64,000 bases of DNA, taken from the NCBI GenBank assembly GCA_963739455.1, contig CAVUAK010000003.1, positions 288,001-352,000 on the forward strand. The letters run 5' to 3'. The position numbers and the translations under genes are program-made. Shown here piece by piece: positions 32,956 to 42,949 of the stretch (position 1 is the stretch's first letter; every line of letters starts with the position of its first letter). This DNA comes from an uncultured Gemmatimonadales bacterium (GTDB taxonomy: Bacteria; Gemmatimonadota; Gemmatimonadetes; Gemmatimonadales; GWC2-71-9). The notes under the pieces are model-generated. The model saw nothing but the letters and a program-made list of their open reading frames with translations, did no database searches and was not told the origin of the DNA.

Positions 32956-33102
32956 TAGGGTTTTCCCTCTGGAAATGTCCCTTTTCCCCTCGGGGGAGCC
33001 GCCGCGCCCGGGCGGACGGACGGTGTCGATCACGTTTCTCGGGGGTATTTTCCCCTATGGCGCCGCGCGATGCGGCGCCCCGACCACAACAGTGGAGTGA
33101 CG

Positions 33103-34337
33103 ATGCGGCTCGTGGTTTTCCCTCTGGTAATCGCCTTTTTCCCTCTGGCGCTGCACCAGGTTGCGCGGCATGATCGCGCGCCGTCTCCCTGCGACGAAGG
33201 CAACGGCGGCCTCACGCTGGCGCCGGGGTTCTGTGCGGTCGTGGTGGCGAAGGACCTCGACGGAGTGCGCCAGGTCACGGTGGGAAGTGACGGGATCGTC
33301 TATGGTGCGCTCGCGAAGGGCGACGCGGGTGCCGTGGCACTGCGGACACCAATGGTGACGGCCGCGCCGACGAGCGCCGGCTGTTCGGGCCCAAGGGCGC
33401 CAATGACGTGAAGCTGCACGACGGCTTCCTCTACCTGGCGCTCAGGGATCGTATCGTCCGCTGGAAGCTCGTTCCTGGACAGCTGCAGCCGCCCGGTGAC
33501 CCGGAGACCATCGTCAGTGGTCTTCCCAGCGACAACAGTCACCAGGCCAAGAGCATCGCGTTCGATGGTGACCGCCTGTACGTCAACATCGGGTCGCCTA
33601 CCAACAGCTGCCAGGAGAAGGACCGCACCAAGGGTTCGCGCGGCGTCGATCCCTGCGCCGAGCTCGACAACCGTGCCGGCATCTGGCTCTTCTCGGCGTC
33701 CCGCGCCGGCCAGGTGCAGGCCGACGGCAGTCGCTTCGCCACCGGCATTCGCAATTCCACCGCATTGGGAGTACGTCCCGGTACCAGCCAGCTCTATGGT
33801 GGCACCAATGGCCGCGACCAGCTCAGCACTAACTGGGATTTCTCCGACGAGTACAACGCGGACAATCCCGGCGAAGAACTGATTCTCATCGACCAGGGTG
33901 ACAACTTCGGCTGGCCCTACTGCTATTTCAGCACCGGGCTCCATGCGCTTGTCCTCGCGCCGGAGTATGGTGGGGATGGAAAGAAGACCGGTCGCTGTAC
34001 CACCATGGAGGAGCCGGTCATGGTCTTCCCAGCCCACTGGGCCCCGCTGGCGCTCGCGTTCTCGACCGGCAGTGCGTTACAGGGTCCCTACGCCGACGGG
34101 GTCTTCATCGCGTTTCACGGATCGTGGAATCGCGCGCCGCTCCCGCAGGCAGGATATCGCGTCGTCTTCGCGCCGTTCGTGAACGGCAAGCCGTCCGGCA
34201 GCTTCACGGATTTCGCGGTTGGCACGGAGAGCGACACCTGGCTGCGCGCGTCCGGTGTGGCCGTCACTTCTGAGGGTGCGGTGTACATTTCGGCCGACAA
34301 GCCGGGGATGATCTGGAAGGTCGTGAAGCAGGTGTGA
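33103..34337 (+). CDS. PQQ-dependent sugar/sorbosone dehydrogenase-like protein; frameshift ~33345
   Basis: Signal peptide; LAPGFC, DTNGDGRAD, LYVNIGS..N, ATGIRN, FGWPYC, AHWAPL, AFHGSWNR. Confidence 0.85.
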
Positions 34338-34361
34338 GGACTTGAGGCAAAGGAGCGGGCA

Positions 34362-34918
34362 ATGAGGATGCAAGGGGCTGTGCTGTCGTTGCTATCGATG
34401 CTGGCCGTGCCACTCGCGGCGCAGGAAAGAACAGCCTGCCGTGGGCACCATGGCGCCGGACTTCACGTTGCCGGGTGCCACCTCCAATGGCGTGCTGGCG
34501 AAGCCAGTCAAGCTGAGTGACCTCCGGGGACGCACCGTGGTGCTCGCGTTCTACCCCAAGGCCCGGACCTCGGGCTGCACCGTGCAGATGAAGGCATACC
34601 GGGACCAGTACGAGGACGCTCTTCGGTGGCGGAAAGGACGTCACCCTGCTCGCCATCAGCGCGGACGCGGATACGACCCTCGCGTCCTGGGCCAGCGACG
34701 AGAAGTTCCCGTTCACGTTCCTGAGCGACCTTGGTGGTGCGGTGGGGAAGCAGTACGGCGTGTTCAACCCGAAGTGGTCCATGGACAGCCGGGTCCTGTT
34801 TGTCGTGGCACCCGACGGCAGGATCAGCTACGTCGCGTCGCCGTTCCAGGAAGTGGATCCGACGAGCTATACGAACCTGGGGGCGGAATTGAAGAAGACG
34901 GCGGGCGGCAAGAGCTGA
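34362..34918 (+). CDS. Exported peroxiredoxin (BCP/PrxQ-like, AhpC/TSA); 2 frameshifts
   Basis: AGGAG RBS; signal peptide; APDFTL, FYPKARTSGCT (PxxxTxxC), AISAD, FPFTFLSD, R.LFVV..DG.I. Confidence 0.8.
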
Positions 34919-36205
34919 TCAGGACGTTCCGAGCACCCGGGCGACTTCCCGCAAGTCTGCCTCGATCTCCACCGGACGGTTGGCCCGCGCCGGTGGAGGA
35001 TTCATTTCCTGGTGATAGCGCAGCAGCATCCCGGGATCCTTGAGCACATGTCCCGTCAGGATCGCCACCACGTGCTCGTCGGGACCGATCGTTCCCGCCG
35101 CGACCAGCTTTCGCACCCCGGCCACGCTCGCGGCGCTGGCCGGCTCACAGCCGACGCCGCTCGCGTCGATCACCGCCTTCGCCTCCAGGATCTCGGCGTC
35201 ACTCACCGCGAGCACCACCCCGTTCGTCTCCCGGATCGCCCGCACCGCGCGATCCCATGACGCCGGATCGCCGATCTTGATCGCCGTCGCCACCGTCTCG
35301 GCGCGCACGCGGTGGCGCACCGCGAAATCCTCCGCGAAGGCGGTGGCGAACGGTGCCGCTCCCGCCGCCTGCACCGACGCGATGCGTGGCACCTTCGAGA
35401 TGAGCCCCAGCGCCTTCGCTTCGCGCAGCGCCTTCCCGAACGCCGCGGTGTTGCCGAGGTTGCCCGCCGGGACCACGATCCAGTCGGGCGATTCCCACCC
35501 AAGCTGCAGCAGCAACTCGAGCACAATCGTCTTCTGCCCCTCGAGCCGGAACGGATTGATGGAGTTGAGCAGGTAGACACCGAGTTCCCGATGTGCCTCT
35601 TCCACCAGCCGAAGGCAATCGTCGAAATCGCCCCGCACCAGCAACGTGCGGGCGCCGTAGGCCAGCGACTGTGCCAGCTTGCCCATCGCAATCCCGCCGT
35701 TCGGCACGAACACCAGCGCTGGCAGCCCTGCCTGGGCGGCATACGCCGCCAGTGAGGCCGATGTGTTGCCGGTGGACGCACAGGCCACCGCGGTGGCCCC
35801 GATACGCACCGCCTGCGTCACGCCCACCGTCATCCCGCGGTCCTTGAAGGACCCAGTCGGGTTCATTCCCTCGTGCTTGAGCACCAGGCCCGGGCAGGCA
35901 GCCCACTGCTGCACCAGCGCCCGCTCGAGGAGTGGCGTGTTTCCCTCGGGCCATGACACCGGTGCCGTGGCCGTGGGAAGCACGATCTCCCGGAAGCGCC
36001 ACACTCCGGATGCGGCCGGTCCCTGCGCAGCAACCGATGCGACGGCAAACTGGCCCTTGAGCTGTTCGGGGCCCAGCGGGGGCGGCGCGTGCATGATCTC
36101 GAGCAGGCCACTGCATTCGGGGCATCGCGTCTCGCGCGCGAGTTCGTCGGTCTCGTGGCCACAGGCAGCGCAGCGCTGCCACGAACGCCGCGCGGGACTG
36201 CTCAT
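34919..36205 (-). CDS. thrC: Threonine synthase
   Basis: EGNTPL, NPTGSFKDRG, ASTGNTSAS, PAGNLGN, EPASAA. Confidence 0.95.
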   Translation of the reverse strand: MSSPARRSWQRCAACGHETDELARETRCPECSGLLEIMHAPPPLGPEQLKGQFAVASVAAQGPAASGVWRFREIVLPTATAPVSWPEGNTPLLERALVQQWAACPGLVLKHEGMNPTGSFKDRGMTVGVTQAVRIGATAVACASTGNTSASLAAYAAQAGLPALVFVPNGGIAMGKLAQSLAYGARTLLVRGDFDDCLRLVEEAHRELGVYLLNSINPFRLEGQKTIVLELLLQLGWESPDWIVVPAGNLGNTAAFGKALREAKALGLISKVPRIASVQAAGAAPFATAFAEDFAVRHRVRAETVATAIKIGDPASWDRAVRAIRETNGVVLAVSDAEILEAKAVIDASGVGCEPASAASVAGVRKLVAAGTIGPDEHVVAILTGHVLKDPGMLLRYHQEMNPPPARANRPVEIEADLREVARVLGTS

Positions 36206-37137
36206 TCAAAGGCTCCTGCGTCCGACACGACCCGTGCCCCCTTCGCATCGACACTGCCGATCCGCACGACGCACCCGATGCCGGCCGCAGCATACGCCGC
36301 CGTCATCGCGGCACCGATCCGCTCCGCAGCCTTATGGCTTCCGGCGAGGGCGAAGGCAGTCGGACCGCTTCCCGAGATCGACGCGCCCAGCGCACCAGCA
36401 TCGAGCGCGGCGCGCTTGGCCGCCGTGAAGCCTGGGAGCAGGGGCGCGCGCGCCGGCTCCGCGATCCGGTCGTCCAGTGCGCGGCCGAGCAGCGCGAGGT
36501 CGCCGGAATAGAGCGCCGCGACCATCGTGGCCACCTGCGCCATCTGGTGAATGGCCACGTCGCGCGTCACCGTGGCTGGGAGCGCCGCGCGGGCGTCGGC
36601 GGTGCGCATCCGCTGGTCGGGGTGCGCCAGTACCACCGTCAGTCCTGCCGGGGTGGGCAGTGTCACCACGTCAGGTGGATCCACCGACCGCACCAGCACG
36701 ATGCCGCCCAGCAGCGAGGGGGCAAGGTTGTCGGCGTGGCGTCCCGCCACGGCGGCCTCCGCCTCGAGACACGCCTCCAGCAGCGCGCGCACCCCGAGCG
36801 GACGACCGAGGCACTCATTCGCCGCCACGGCACCCGCCACGGCGGACGCAGCGCTGCCACCCTGCCCGCCGGAGAGCGGAAGGCCCTTGAGCACCCAGAG
36901 CGCCAGGCCATGATGTCCGCCCGCACGCTGCAGCACCGCCGCGGCCGCGAGGGCCGCGCTGTGGCGCGCGGGATCCGTGGGGAGATCGGGATGGCCAGGA
37001 TCGCGGAGCTCGATGCCGCGCACATCGAGCAGTTCGGCCGTCACCCAGTCGCCGCCCCCCGCCACCGCGAGCCCGAGTACGTCGAGACCCGGGCCGATGT
37101 TGCCAACCGACCCCGGGGCGAACACGGTGAGCCGCAT
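36202..37137 (-). CDS. thrB: Homoserine kinase
   Basis: GNIGPGLDVLGLA, GLPLSGGQGGSAAS, HADN, ISGSGPT. Confidence 0.95.
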   Translation of the reverse strand: MRLTVFAPGSVGNIGPGLDVLGLAVAGGGDWVTAELLDVRGIELRDPGHPDLPTDPARHSAALAAAAVLQRAGGHHGLALWVLKGLPLSGGQGGSAASAVAGAVAANECLGRPLGVRALLEACLEAEAAVAGRHADNLAPSLLGGIVLVRSVDPPDVVTLPTPAGLTVVLAHPDQRMRTADARAALPATVTRDVAIHQMAQVATMVAALYSGDLALLGRALDDRIAEPARAPLLPGFTAAKRAALDAGALGASISGSGPTAFALAGSHKAAERIGAAMTAAYAAAGIGCVVRIGSVDAKGARVVSDAGAFE

Positions 37138-39650
37138 CAGGCGGGCGCCAGCTTGAGGATGTCGTTCATCACGCCCGCGGCCGTGACGTCGAGCCCGGCG
37201 CCCGGTCCCGTGATCACCAGCGGGTTGCTGCGATACCGGTCCGTGGTGAACACCACCTGGTTGTCAGTGCCCTGGAGGGCCCCCAGCGCGCTCTCGAGTG
37301 GCACCGACGCCAGGCCAACGCGGATGCGCCCGCGCGTCACGGCGGCGACGTAGCGCAGCACCTGCCCGCGCTCTTTCGCCGCCCTGACACGCGCCACCCA
37401 CTCGGCATCGAACTTGTCGAGCGTGGCGAGGAATTCCGGCAGCGCCATGCCCCGCGCCTGCTTCGGTACCAGCGACTCGACCGACACTGCATCGATGCCG
37501 CCGGCAAAACCGAGCAGGCGCCCGAGAATGAGCGCCTTCCGCGCCACGTCCATGCCTGACAGGTCCTCGCGCGGGTCGGGCTCGGCGTAGCCGCGCTTCA
37601 TCGCCTCGCGCACCGTGGCCGAGAAGGCGCGTCCCGATCCCACCTCGCTCAACAGGAAGCCGAGTGTGCCGGAGAGGCATCCATCGATCCGGCGAATGCG
37701 GTCGCCCGATTCGAGCAGCTTCCACGCGGTGTCGATGACCGGGAGGCCGGCGCCCACGGTGGCCTCGAACAGGAGGCGCCGCCCATGCGCGCGTGCCGTG
37801 GTGAGCAAGGCGTCCGCATCCGGGCGGCGATCGGTCAGCGGCCGCTTGTTGGCCAGCACGACGTCCATGCCGGTCTCCAGGACGTGGCGCAGGATCACGG
37901 CCGTGTCGTTCGCCGTCACATCCACCACCACCGGTCGCGGCAGCGCGTGCTTCGCGATGAAGGCGAGCGCGTCCGTCGAGTTCGATGCCACGCCGCCGCG
38001 CTGGCGCCCCAGCGATTGCCCGCGCGCCTTGTCCTGCGCCAGCTGCGACAGTCGTCGCGGGGTCAGGCCGGCAGGATCAAACACAAATCCGGTTCGGTCG
38101 ATGACCGCGGCAATCTCGAGCTGGATCCCCGGACGCTTCGCCCGGGGAATGAGCCGCGCCAGCGTGCGCCCCACCTGGCCGAAGCCGAGCAGCACCACCG
38201 CGACGCGCTCCGGCGGATTGACCGAGCCGCCACCGATCTTGGCCAGCTGGAAGGCATCATGAATGCGCCGCTGCGCCTCGCCGGCATCGCGTTCCTCGAT
38301 GACGAAGGAGATGTTGAGTTCCGACGAGCCCTGCGCGATCGCCACGATGTTGATCCCGGCGTGCGCCAGGGCCCCGAACACCCTGGCCGCCACGCCGCGC
38401 GCGCCGGCCATGCCGCGACCCACCACCGCCACCGTTGCCATGCCGCGACGCACCTCTACGCCATCGATGTCCTGCCGCGCGATCTCCTCCCCGAACTCGC
38501 GCAGCAGCGCCGCCTCGACCTGTCCGGCCTGCGCCTGCGGCACGCTGAACGTGAGCGATGCCTCCGACGATCCCTGTGTCACCAGTGACACCGGGAACCC
38601 CGCGCGCTGCAGCGTCTCGAACGTGCGGGCCGCAACACCGGGCACCCCCAGCATCCCGTTCCCGGTCACCGTCACCAGCGCCTGCTCGCCAATGCCAGAC
38701 ACCGCGCGCACCGGAGATGGCGTGCGTCGCCGATGTTGCGACACCTCCGTCCCCTGCGACGCCGGGTTGGCGAACGGGCGCACGTATACCGGGATCGGCC
38801 GCCGGCTGAGCGGAATGAGCGCGCGCGGGTGCAGCACCTTGGCGCCGTAGTACGCCAGCTCCGCGGCCTCGCGCACATGCAGTTCGGGGATCACGCGCGC
38901 ATCGGCCACCACGCGCGGATCGCCGGTGAGGAAGCCCGGCACGTCCTTCCACAGCGATACCGAGGATGCGCGCAGAGCCCGCCCCAGCAGGGTCGCCGTA
39001 AGGTCGGACCCGCCACGCCCCAGCGTCACGAGGTCCCCACCGGGACCGGCACCGATGAATCCTGGCACGACGGGGATGATCCCGCGCGTCAGCAGTGGAG
39101 CCACCAGTTGGCGCACCCGCCGGTCGGTGGCCGCAAAGTCGGGAGCGGCCGCGCCGAAGTGTCCGTCGGTCACGATCAACTCCACCGCGTCCACCAGTCG
39201 CACGCGCCGGCGCGTGTCCGCCAGCGCCGCCGCAAGCAGCATGGCACTCAGCCGCTCGCCCCTGGCCGCGATGTAGTCGCTCGTGCGCGGCGTCAGTTCC
39301 CTGACCACACGCAAGCCATCCAGCAGGGCCCGGAGCTCGTTGAGCGACGTCTCGATCGCGGCCAGCACCACGCGTCGTGTTCCCGCCGTGCGCACGATCT
39401 GCTTCGCTGCCTCGATGTGCTGGCGGCGAAGGCTCGTCAGGAGCGCGGTGTCGGCGGGCCTGCCGTCCGCCGCGATGGCGGCGAGCGCGAGCAGGCGGTC
39501 GGTCACCCCTGCCATGGCCGAGGCGACGATCACGGCCGGTCCCGGTGGCAAGTCCTGGATGATGGCCACGGCATGGTGCATCGCTGCGGCATCGGCCAGC
39601 GAGGCGCCACCAAACTTGTGGATGGTGGGCGGGCGTCGGTTGGGAGTCAT
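37137..39650 (-). CDS. thrA: Bifunctional aspartokinase/homoserine dehydrogenase
   Basis: HKFGGAS, GRGGSD, ACT domains (QGSSE x2), GFGQVG, EATVGAGLP, EPDPREDLSG.D, GPGAG. Confidence 0.95.
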   Translation of the reverse strand: MTPNRRPPTIHKFGGASLADAAAMHHAVAIIQDLPPGPAVIVASAMAGVTDRLLALAAIAADGRPADTALLTSLRRQHIEAAKQIVRTAGTRRVVLAAIETSLNELRALLDGLRVVRELTPRTSDYIAARGERLSAMLLAAALADTRRRVRLVDAVELIVTDGHFGAAAPDFAATDRRVRQLVAPLLTRGIIPVVPGFIGAGPGGDLVTLGRGGSDLTATLLGRALRASSVSLWKDVPGFLTGDPRVVADARVIPELHVREAAELAYYGAKVLHPRALIPLSRRPIPVYVRPFANPASQGTEVSQHRRRTPSPVRAVSGIGEQALVTVTGNGMLGVPGVAARTFETLQRAGFPVSLVTQGSSEASLTFSVPQAQAGQVEAALLREFGEEIARQDIDGVEVRRGMATVAVVGRGMAGARGVAARVFGALAHAGINIVAIAQGSSELNISFVIEERDAGEAQRRIHDAFQLAKIGGGSVNPPERVAVVLLGFGQVGRTLARLIPRAKRPGIQLEIAAVIDRTGFVFDPAGLTPRRLSQLAQDKARGQSLGRQRGGVASNSTDALAFIAKHALPRPVVVDVTANDTAVILRHVLETGMDVVLANKRPLTDRRPDADALLTTARAHGRRLLFEATVGAGLPVIDTAWKLLESGDRIRRIDGCLSGTLGFLLSEVGSGRAFSATVREAMKRGYAEPDPREDLSGMDVARKALILGRLLGFAGGIDAVSVESLVPKQARGMALPEFLATLDKFDAEWVARVRAAKERGQVLRYVAAVTRGRIRVGLASVPLESALGALQGTDNQVVFTTDRYRSNPLVITGPGAGLDVTAAGVMNDILKLAPA

Positions 39651-39767
39651 AGCCCGCGACGATACCCACCGTTCGGGTGAATGTCCATGCGACGGGGCTC
39701 TGGCGCCGGACGCATCTGGCTTGTAGTCTGCTTGGTCCTGCAGTCCATTTCCGCGTGGAGCAGCATC

Positions 39768-40883
39768 ATGCGCATCGCAGTTCCTGGGGAAACCGCTTCC
39801 GGAGAGCGGCGGGTCGGGCTGGTGCCCGATGGCGTCGCGAAACTCGTGAAGGCGGGCCACTCCGTCACCGTGCAGCGGGGAGCTGGCACGGCTGCGGGCG
39901 TGCCCGACGCCGCCTTCGAGAAGGCCGGCGCGGTTCTCGCCGATGGCTTCTCAGCCACCGTTGCTGGCGCCGACGTGGTGGCCAAGGTGCAGCGCCCCAC
40001 CCCGGACGAAGTCGCGGCCATCCCGGAGGGATCCGTCCTGATAGCCATGCTTCAGCCTGCGGCGCAGCGCGCCACACTCGAGGCGCTCGCCGCGCGCCGC
40101 GTGACGGCGCTCGCCATGGAGCTCGTCCCGCGTATCACCCGCGCCCAGTCGATGGACGTGCTCTCGTCGCAAGCCACCGTCGCCGGCTACAAGGCGGTGC
40201 TTCTCGGTGCCGCCGAGCTCGCCAAGCTCCTCCCCATGCTCACCACCGCTGCCGGCACGCTCGCGCCGAGTCGCGTCTTCGTCCTCGGCGCCGGCGTGGC
40301 GGGGCTGCAGGCCATTGCCACCGCGCGGCGGCTCGGTGCGATTGTCTCCGCCTTTGACGTGCGGCCGGCCGTGCGTGAGCAGGTGCAGAGCCTCGGCGCG
40401 GCCTTCATCGAGGCCGAGGCCGTCAGTACCGCTGCGGAGGGCGCTGGCGGATACGCGAAGGAACTGGCGCAGGAGCAGCAGCAGAAGGTGCTCGAGGCGG
40501 TCGGCAAGGTCCTGCCCACCATCGATCTCGTCATCACCACGGCGCAGATCCCGGGCAAGCCGGCACCGCGGCTCATCACAGACGCCATGCTCGCCACCAT
40601 GCAGCCGGGTGCCGTGGTGGTGGACCTGGCCGCCGAGACCGGCGGCAACTGCGAGGCGACCCGCGCCGGCGAAACCGTGGTCGTCCACGGCGTCACCGTC
40701 ATGGGTCCGCTCAACCTGCCCGCGACGGTGCCCCTGCATGCCAGCCAGATGTTCGGGCGCAACGTGCTGACGCTGCTGCAGCACCTCGCCCCGGCGACCG
40801 AGCTCAAGCTCGACCTCGCGGATGAGATCACCGGACCGATGGCCGTGACGCACGCAGGTGCCGTGCGCTTCGGCTCCTCCTGA
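39768..40883 (+). CDS. pntA: NAD(P) transhydrogenase subunit alpha, part 1 (dI)
   Basis: GERRV, PRITRAQSMDVLSSQ, GAGVAGLQAI, GGYAK, IPGKPAP, GGNCE. Confidence 0.95.
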   Translation: MRIAVPGETASGERRVGLVPDGVAKLVKAGHSVTVQRGAGTAAGVPDAAFEKAGAVLADGFSATVAGADVVAKVQRPTPDEVAAIPEGSVLIAMLQPAAQRATLEALAARRVTALAMELVPRITRAQSMDVLSSQATVAGYKAVLLGAAELAKLLPMLTTAAGTLAPSRVFVLGAGVAGLQAIATARRLGAIVSAFDVRPAVREQVQSLGAAFIEAEAVSTAAEGAGGYAKELAQEQQQKVLEAVGKVLPTIDLVITTAQIPGKPAPRLITDAMLATMQPGAVVVDLAAETGGNCEATRAGETVVVHGVTVMGPLNLPATVPLHASQMFGRNVLTLLQHLAPATELKLDLADEITGPMAVTHAGAVRFGSS

Positions 40884-40891
40884 TCGGAGCA

Positions 40892-41233
40892 ATGACGATG
40901 ACGGAACCTGTGGCGGAGATGCTGTCGCCCGAGAGCCTGGTGCTCGCGAACCAGTTCCTCAAGCTCTTCGTGTTCGTGCTGGCGGGCTTCGTCGGGTTCC
41001 TGGTCATAACCCGGGTGCCGCCGCTGCTGCACACGCCGCTCATGTCGGCCACCAACGCGATCTCGGCCATCTCGATCGTCGGCGCCCTCGTTGCGGCCGG
41101 CCGCGACCACAACCAGGTCTCGACCATCCTCGGCTTCGTCGCCGTCATCTGCGCCACCATCAACGCGGTCGGCGGCTTCATCATCACTGATCGCATGCTT
41201 CGGATGTTCAAGGGCGGCGGAGAGAAGAAGTGA
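40892..41233 (+). CDS. pntA: NAD(P) transhydrogenase subunit alpha, part 2 (membrane)
   Basis: VPPLLHTPLMSATNAIS, INAVGGF..TDRML.MF. Confidence 0.93.
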   Translation: MTMTEPVAEMLSPESLVLANQFLKLFVFVLAGFVGFLVITRVPPLLHTPLMSATNAISAISIVGALVAAGRDHNQVSTILGFVAVICATINAVGGFIITDRMLRMFKGGGEKK

Positions 41234-42645
41234 TTGCCGCCACTGCGGAAGGCGTGAACCTCACGCGCGAGGCGGTGACCCTGGTCACCTACCTCACGGC
41301 GTCGGTGCTGTTCATCCTCGGCCTCAAGGGACTCACCAAGGCCGAGACCGCGCGTCGCGGCATGCAGCACGCCGCGCTGGGCATGCTGCTGGCCGTCATC
41401 GGCACGCTGATCAAGCAGGAAATCGTCAGCTACGGCTGGATCGCGGCGGGCATCGTCATCGGCACCATCATCGGCTGGCCGCTGGGCACCAGGGTCCCCA
41501 TGACCGCCATGCCGCAGCGGATCGCCATTTCGCACATGTTCGGCGCGCTGGCCGCCACGCTCGTCGGCGTGGCCGAGTATTACACCCACATGCGGAGCGG
41601 CATCCAGATCCCCCGGCCGATCATGGCCGCGCTCGGCTTCGAGGTCCTCTTCGGCTCATTGACCGTCACCGGCAGCTTCATGGCGTTCGGCAAGCTGCAG
41701 GAGATCCTTCCCGGCCGCCCCATCACGTACAAGGGGCAGAACACCGTCAACATCGGCGTCTTCCTCCTCACCGTGCTGATGTTCATCTACCTGATCGTGC
41801 ATCCCGACGCCCAGGTGGTGTTCTACGCCATGATTGCCATCGCCTTCATCATCGGCATCAGTCTCGTGCTGCCGATCGGCGGTGGTGACATGCCGGTGGT
41901 CATTTCGCTGCTCAACTCCTATGCCGGCCTCGCCGCATCCGCCACCGGCTTTGCCATCGACAACAGCCTCCTGATCATCGCGGGCGCGCTCGACGGCGCC
42001 TCGGGGTTCATCCTCTCGATCATCATGAGCAAGGCGATGAACCGGTCGTTCGCCAACGTCATCTTCGGCGCGTTCGGGGCGGCCCCCGAGAGCGGGACGG
42101 CCGAGGTCGTTGGTGAGATGAAGGAGATTTCGGTGGAGGATGCCGCGCTGCAGCTGGCATATGCCCAGCGGGTCATCGTGGTGCCGGGCTACGGCATGGC
42201 AGTGGCGCAGGCCCAGCAGGTCGTGCGCGAACTGGCTGACCAGGTGGAGCGGCGGGGTGGGGAAGTGAAGTACGCCATTCATCCGGTGGCCGGCCGCATG
42301 CCCGGACACATGAACGTGCTGCTTGCCGAGGCGAACATTCCCTACGAGAAGCTCCTCGACATGGAGGAGATCAACCACGAGTTCGCCAGCACGGATGTCG
42401 CCGTCGTCATCGGCGCCAACGACGTGGTGAACCCCGCCGCTCGCACCGACAAGTCGAGCCCGATCTACGGCATGCCGATCCTCGACGTCGACAAGGCGAA
42501 GGCCGTCTTCGTCCTCAAGCGGGGCAAGGGCAAGGGCTTCGCCGGCATCGAGAACGCCCTCTTCTTCGACGACAAGACCCGCATGCTCTACGGCGACGCC
42601 AAGGGGACCCTGTCCAAGCTGGTCAACGAGATGAAGAACGTCTGA
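41230..42645 (+). CDS. pntB: NAD(P) transhydrogenase subunit beta
   Basis: MTAMPQ, GGGDMPVVIS.LNSY, VPGYGMAVAQ, HPVAGRMPGHMNVLLAEA, GANDVVNPAA. Confidence 0.96.
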   Translation: MIAATAEGVNLTREAVTLVTYLTASVLFILGLKGLTKAETARRGMQHAALGMLLAVIGTLIKQEIVSYGWIAAGIVIGTIIGWPLGTRVPMTAMPQRIAISHMFGALAATLVGVAEYYTHMRSGIQIPRPIMAALGFEVLFGSLTVTGSFMAFGKLQEILPGRPITYKGQNTVNIGVFLLTVLMFIYLIVHPDAQVVFYAMIAIAFIIGISLVLPIGGGDMPVVISLLNSYAGLAASATGFAIDNSLLIIAGALDGASGFILSIIMSKAMNRSFANVIFGAFGAAPESGTAEVVGEMKEISVEDAALQLAYAQRVIVVPGYGMAVAQAQQVVRELADQVERRGGEVKYAIHPVAGRMPGHMNVLLAEANIPYEKLLDMEEINHEFASTDVAVVIGANDVVNPAARTDKSSPIYGMPILDVDKAKAVFVLKRGKGKGFAGIENALFFDDKTRMLYGDAKGTLSKLVNEMKNV

Positions 42646-42827
42646 TCCACCCCGCGTGCATGTGGTTCCCCACCCAAACGTCTCCAGCCGTCAACGCGCG
42701 CGTAGCGGGGTAACTCCTGCATGTCCCCGCGAAAGGGCGATGCACTGCAATTTTGGCAGGTCAATGGCCGACTCGCCGACCTCGGAGATGGTCACCCGCC
42801 CAAGTGACAGTACGGCATCACGTTAGC

Positions 42828-42895
42828 TAAGGTATTGATTTTTCTTAGTTTAGCCGTTATTTTGACCGCTGCCGAGAAACGGCGCTGGTAATGCA
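42828..42895 (+). promoter_or_regulatory. IHF-consensus site plus putative sigma54 promoter upstream of the sigma factor gene
   Basis: 42828-42840 reverse complement AATCAATACCTTA matches WATCAANNNNTTR; CGGCGCTGGTAATGCA (42880-42895) has GG-N10-GC. Confidence 0.5.
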
Positions 42896-42949
42896 AGAAC
42901 GCATATCAGTGCCTGCAGGAACCACCCTAGTCCAGGGAGGCTGGTCAGA

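Noticed and set aside
34550..34600. Possible selenocysteine in the peroxiredoxin active site
   Set aside because: The codon is TGC; there is no in-frame TGA
42700..42780. Possible riboswitch (GAAA-containing hairpin) upstream of the sigma gene
   Set aside because: I could not match it to c-di-GMP or any other known aptamer consensus; an Rfam scan would be needed
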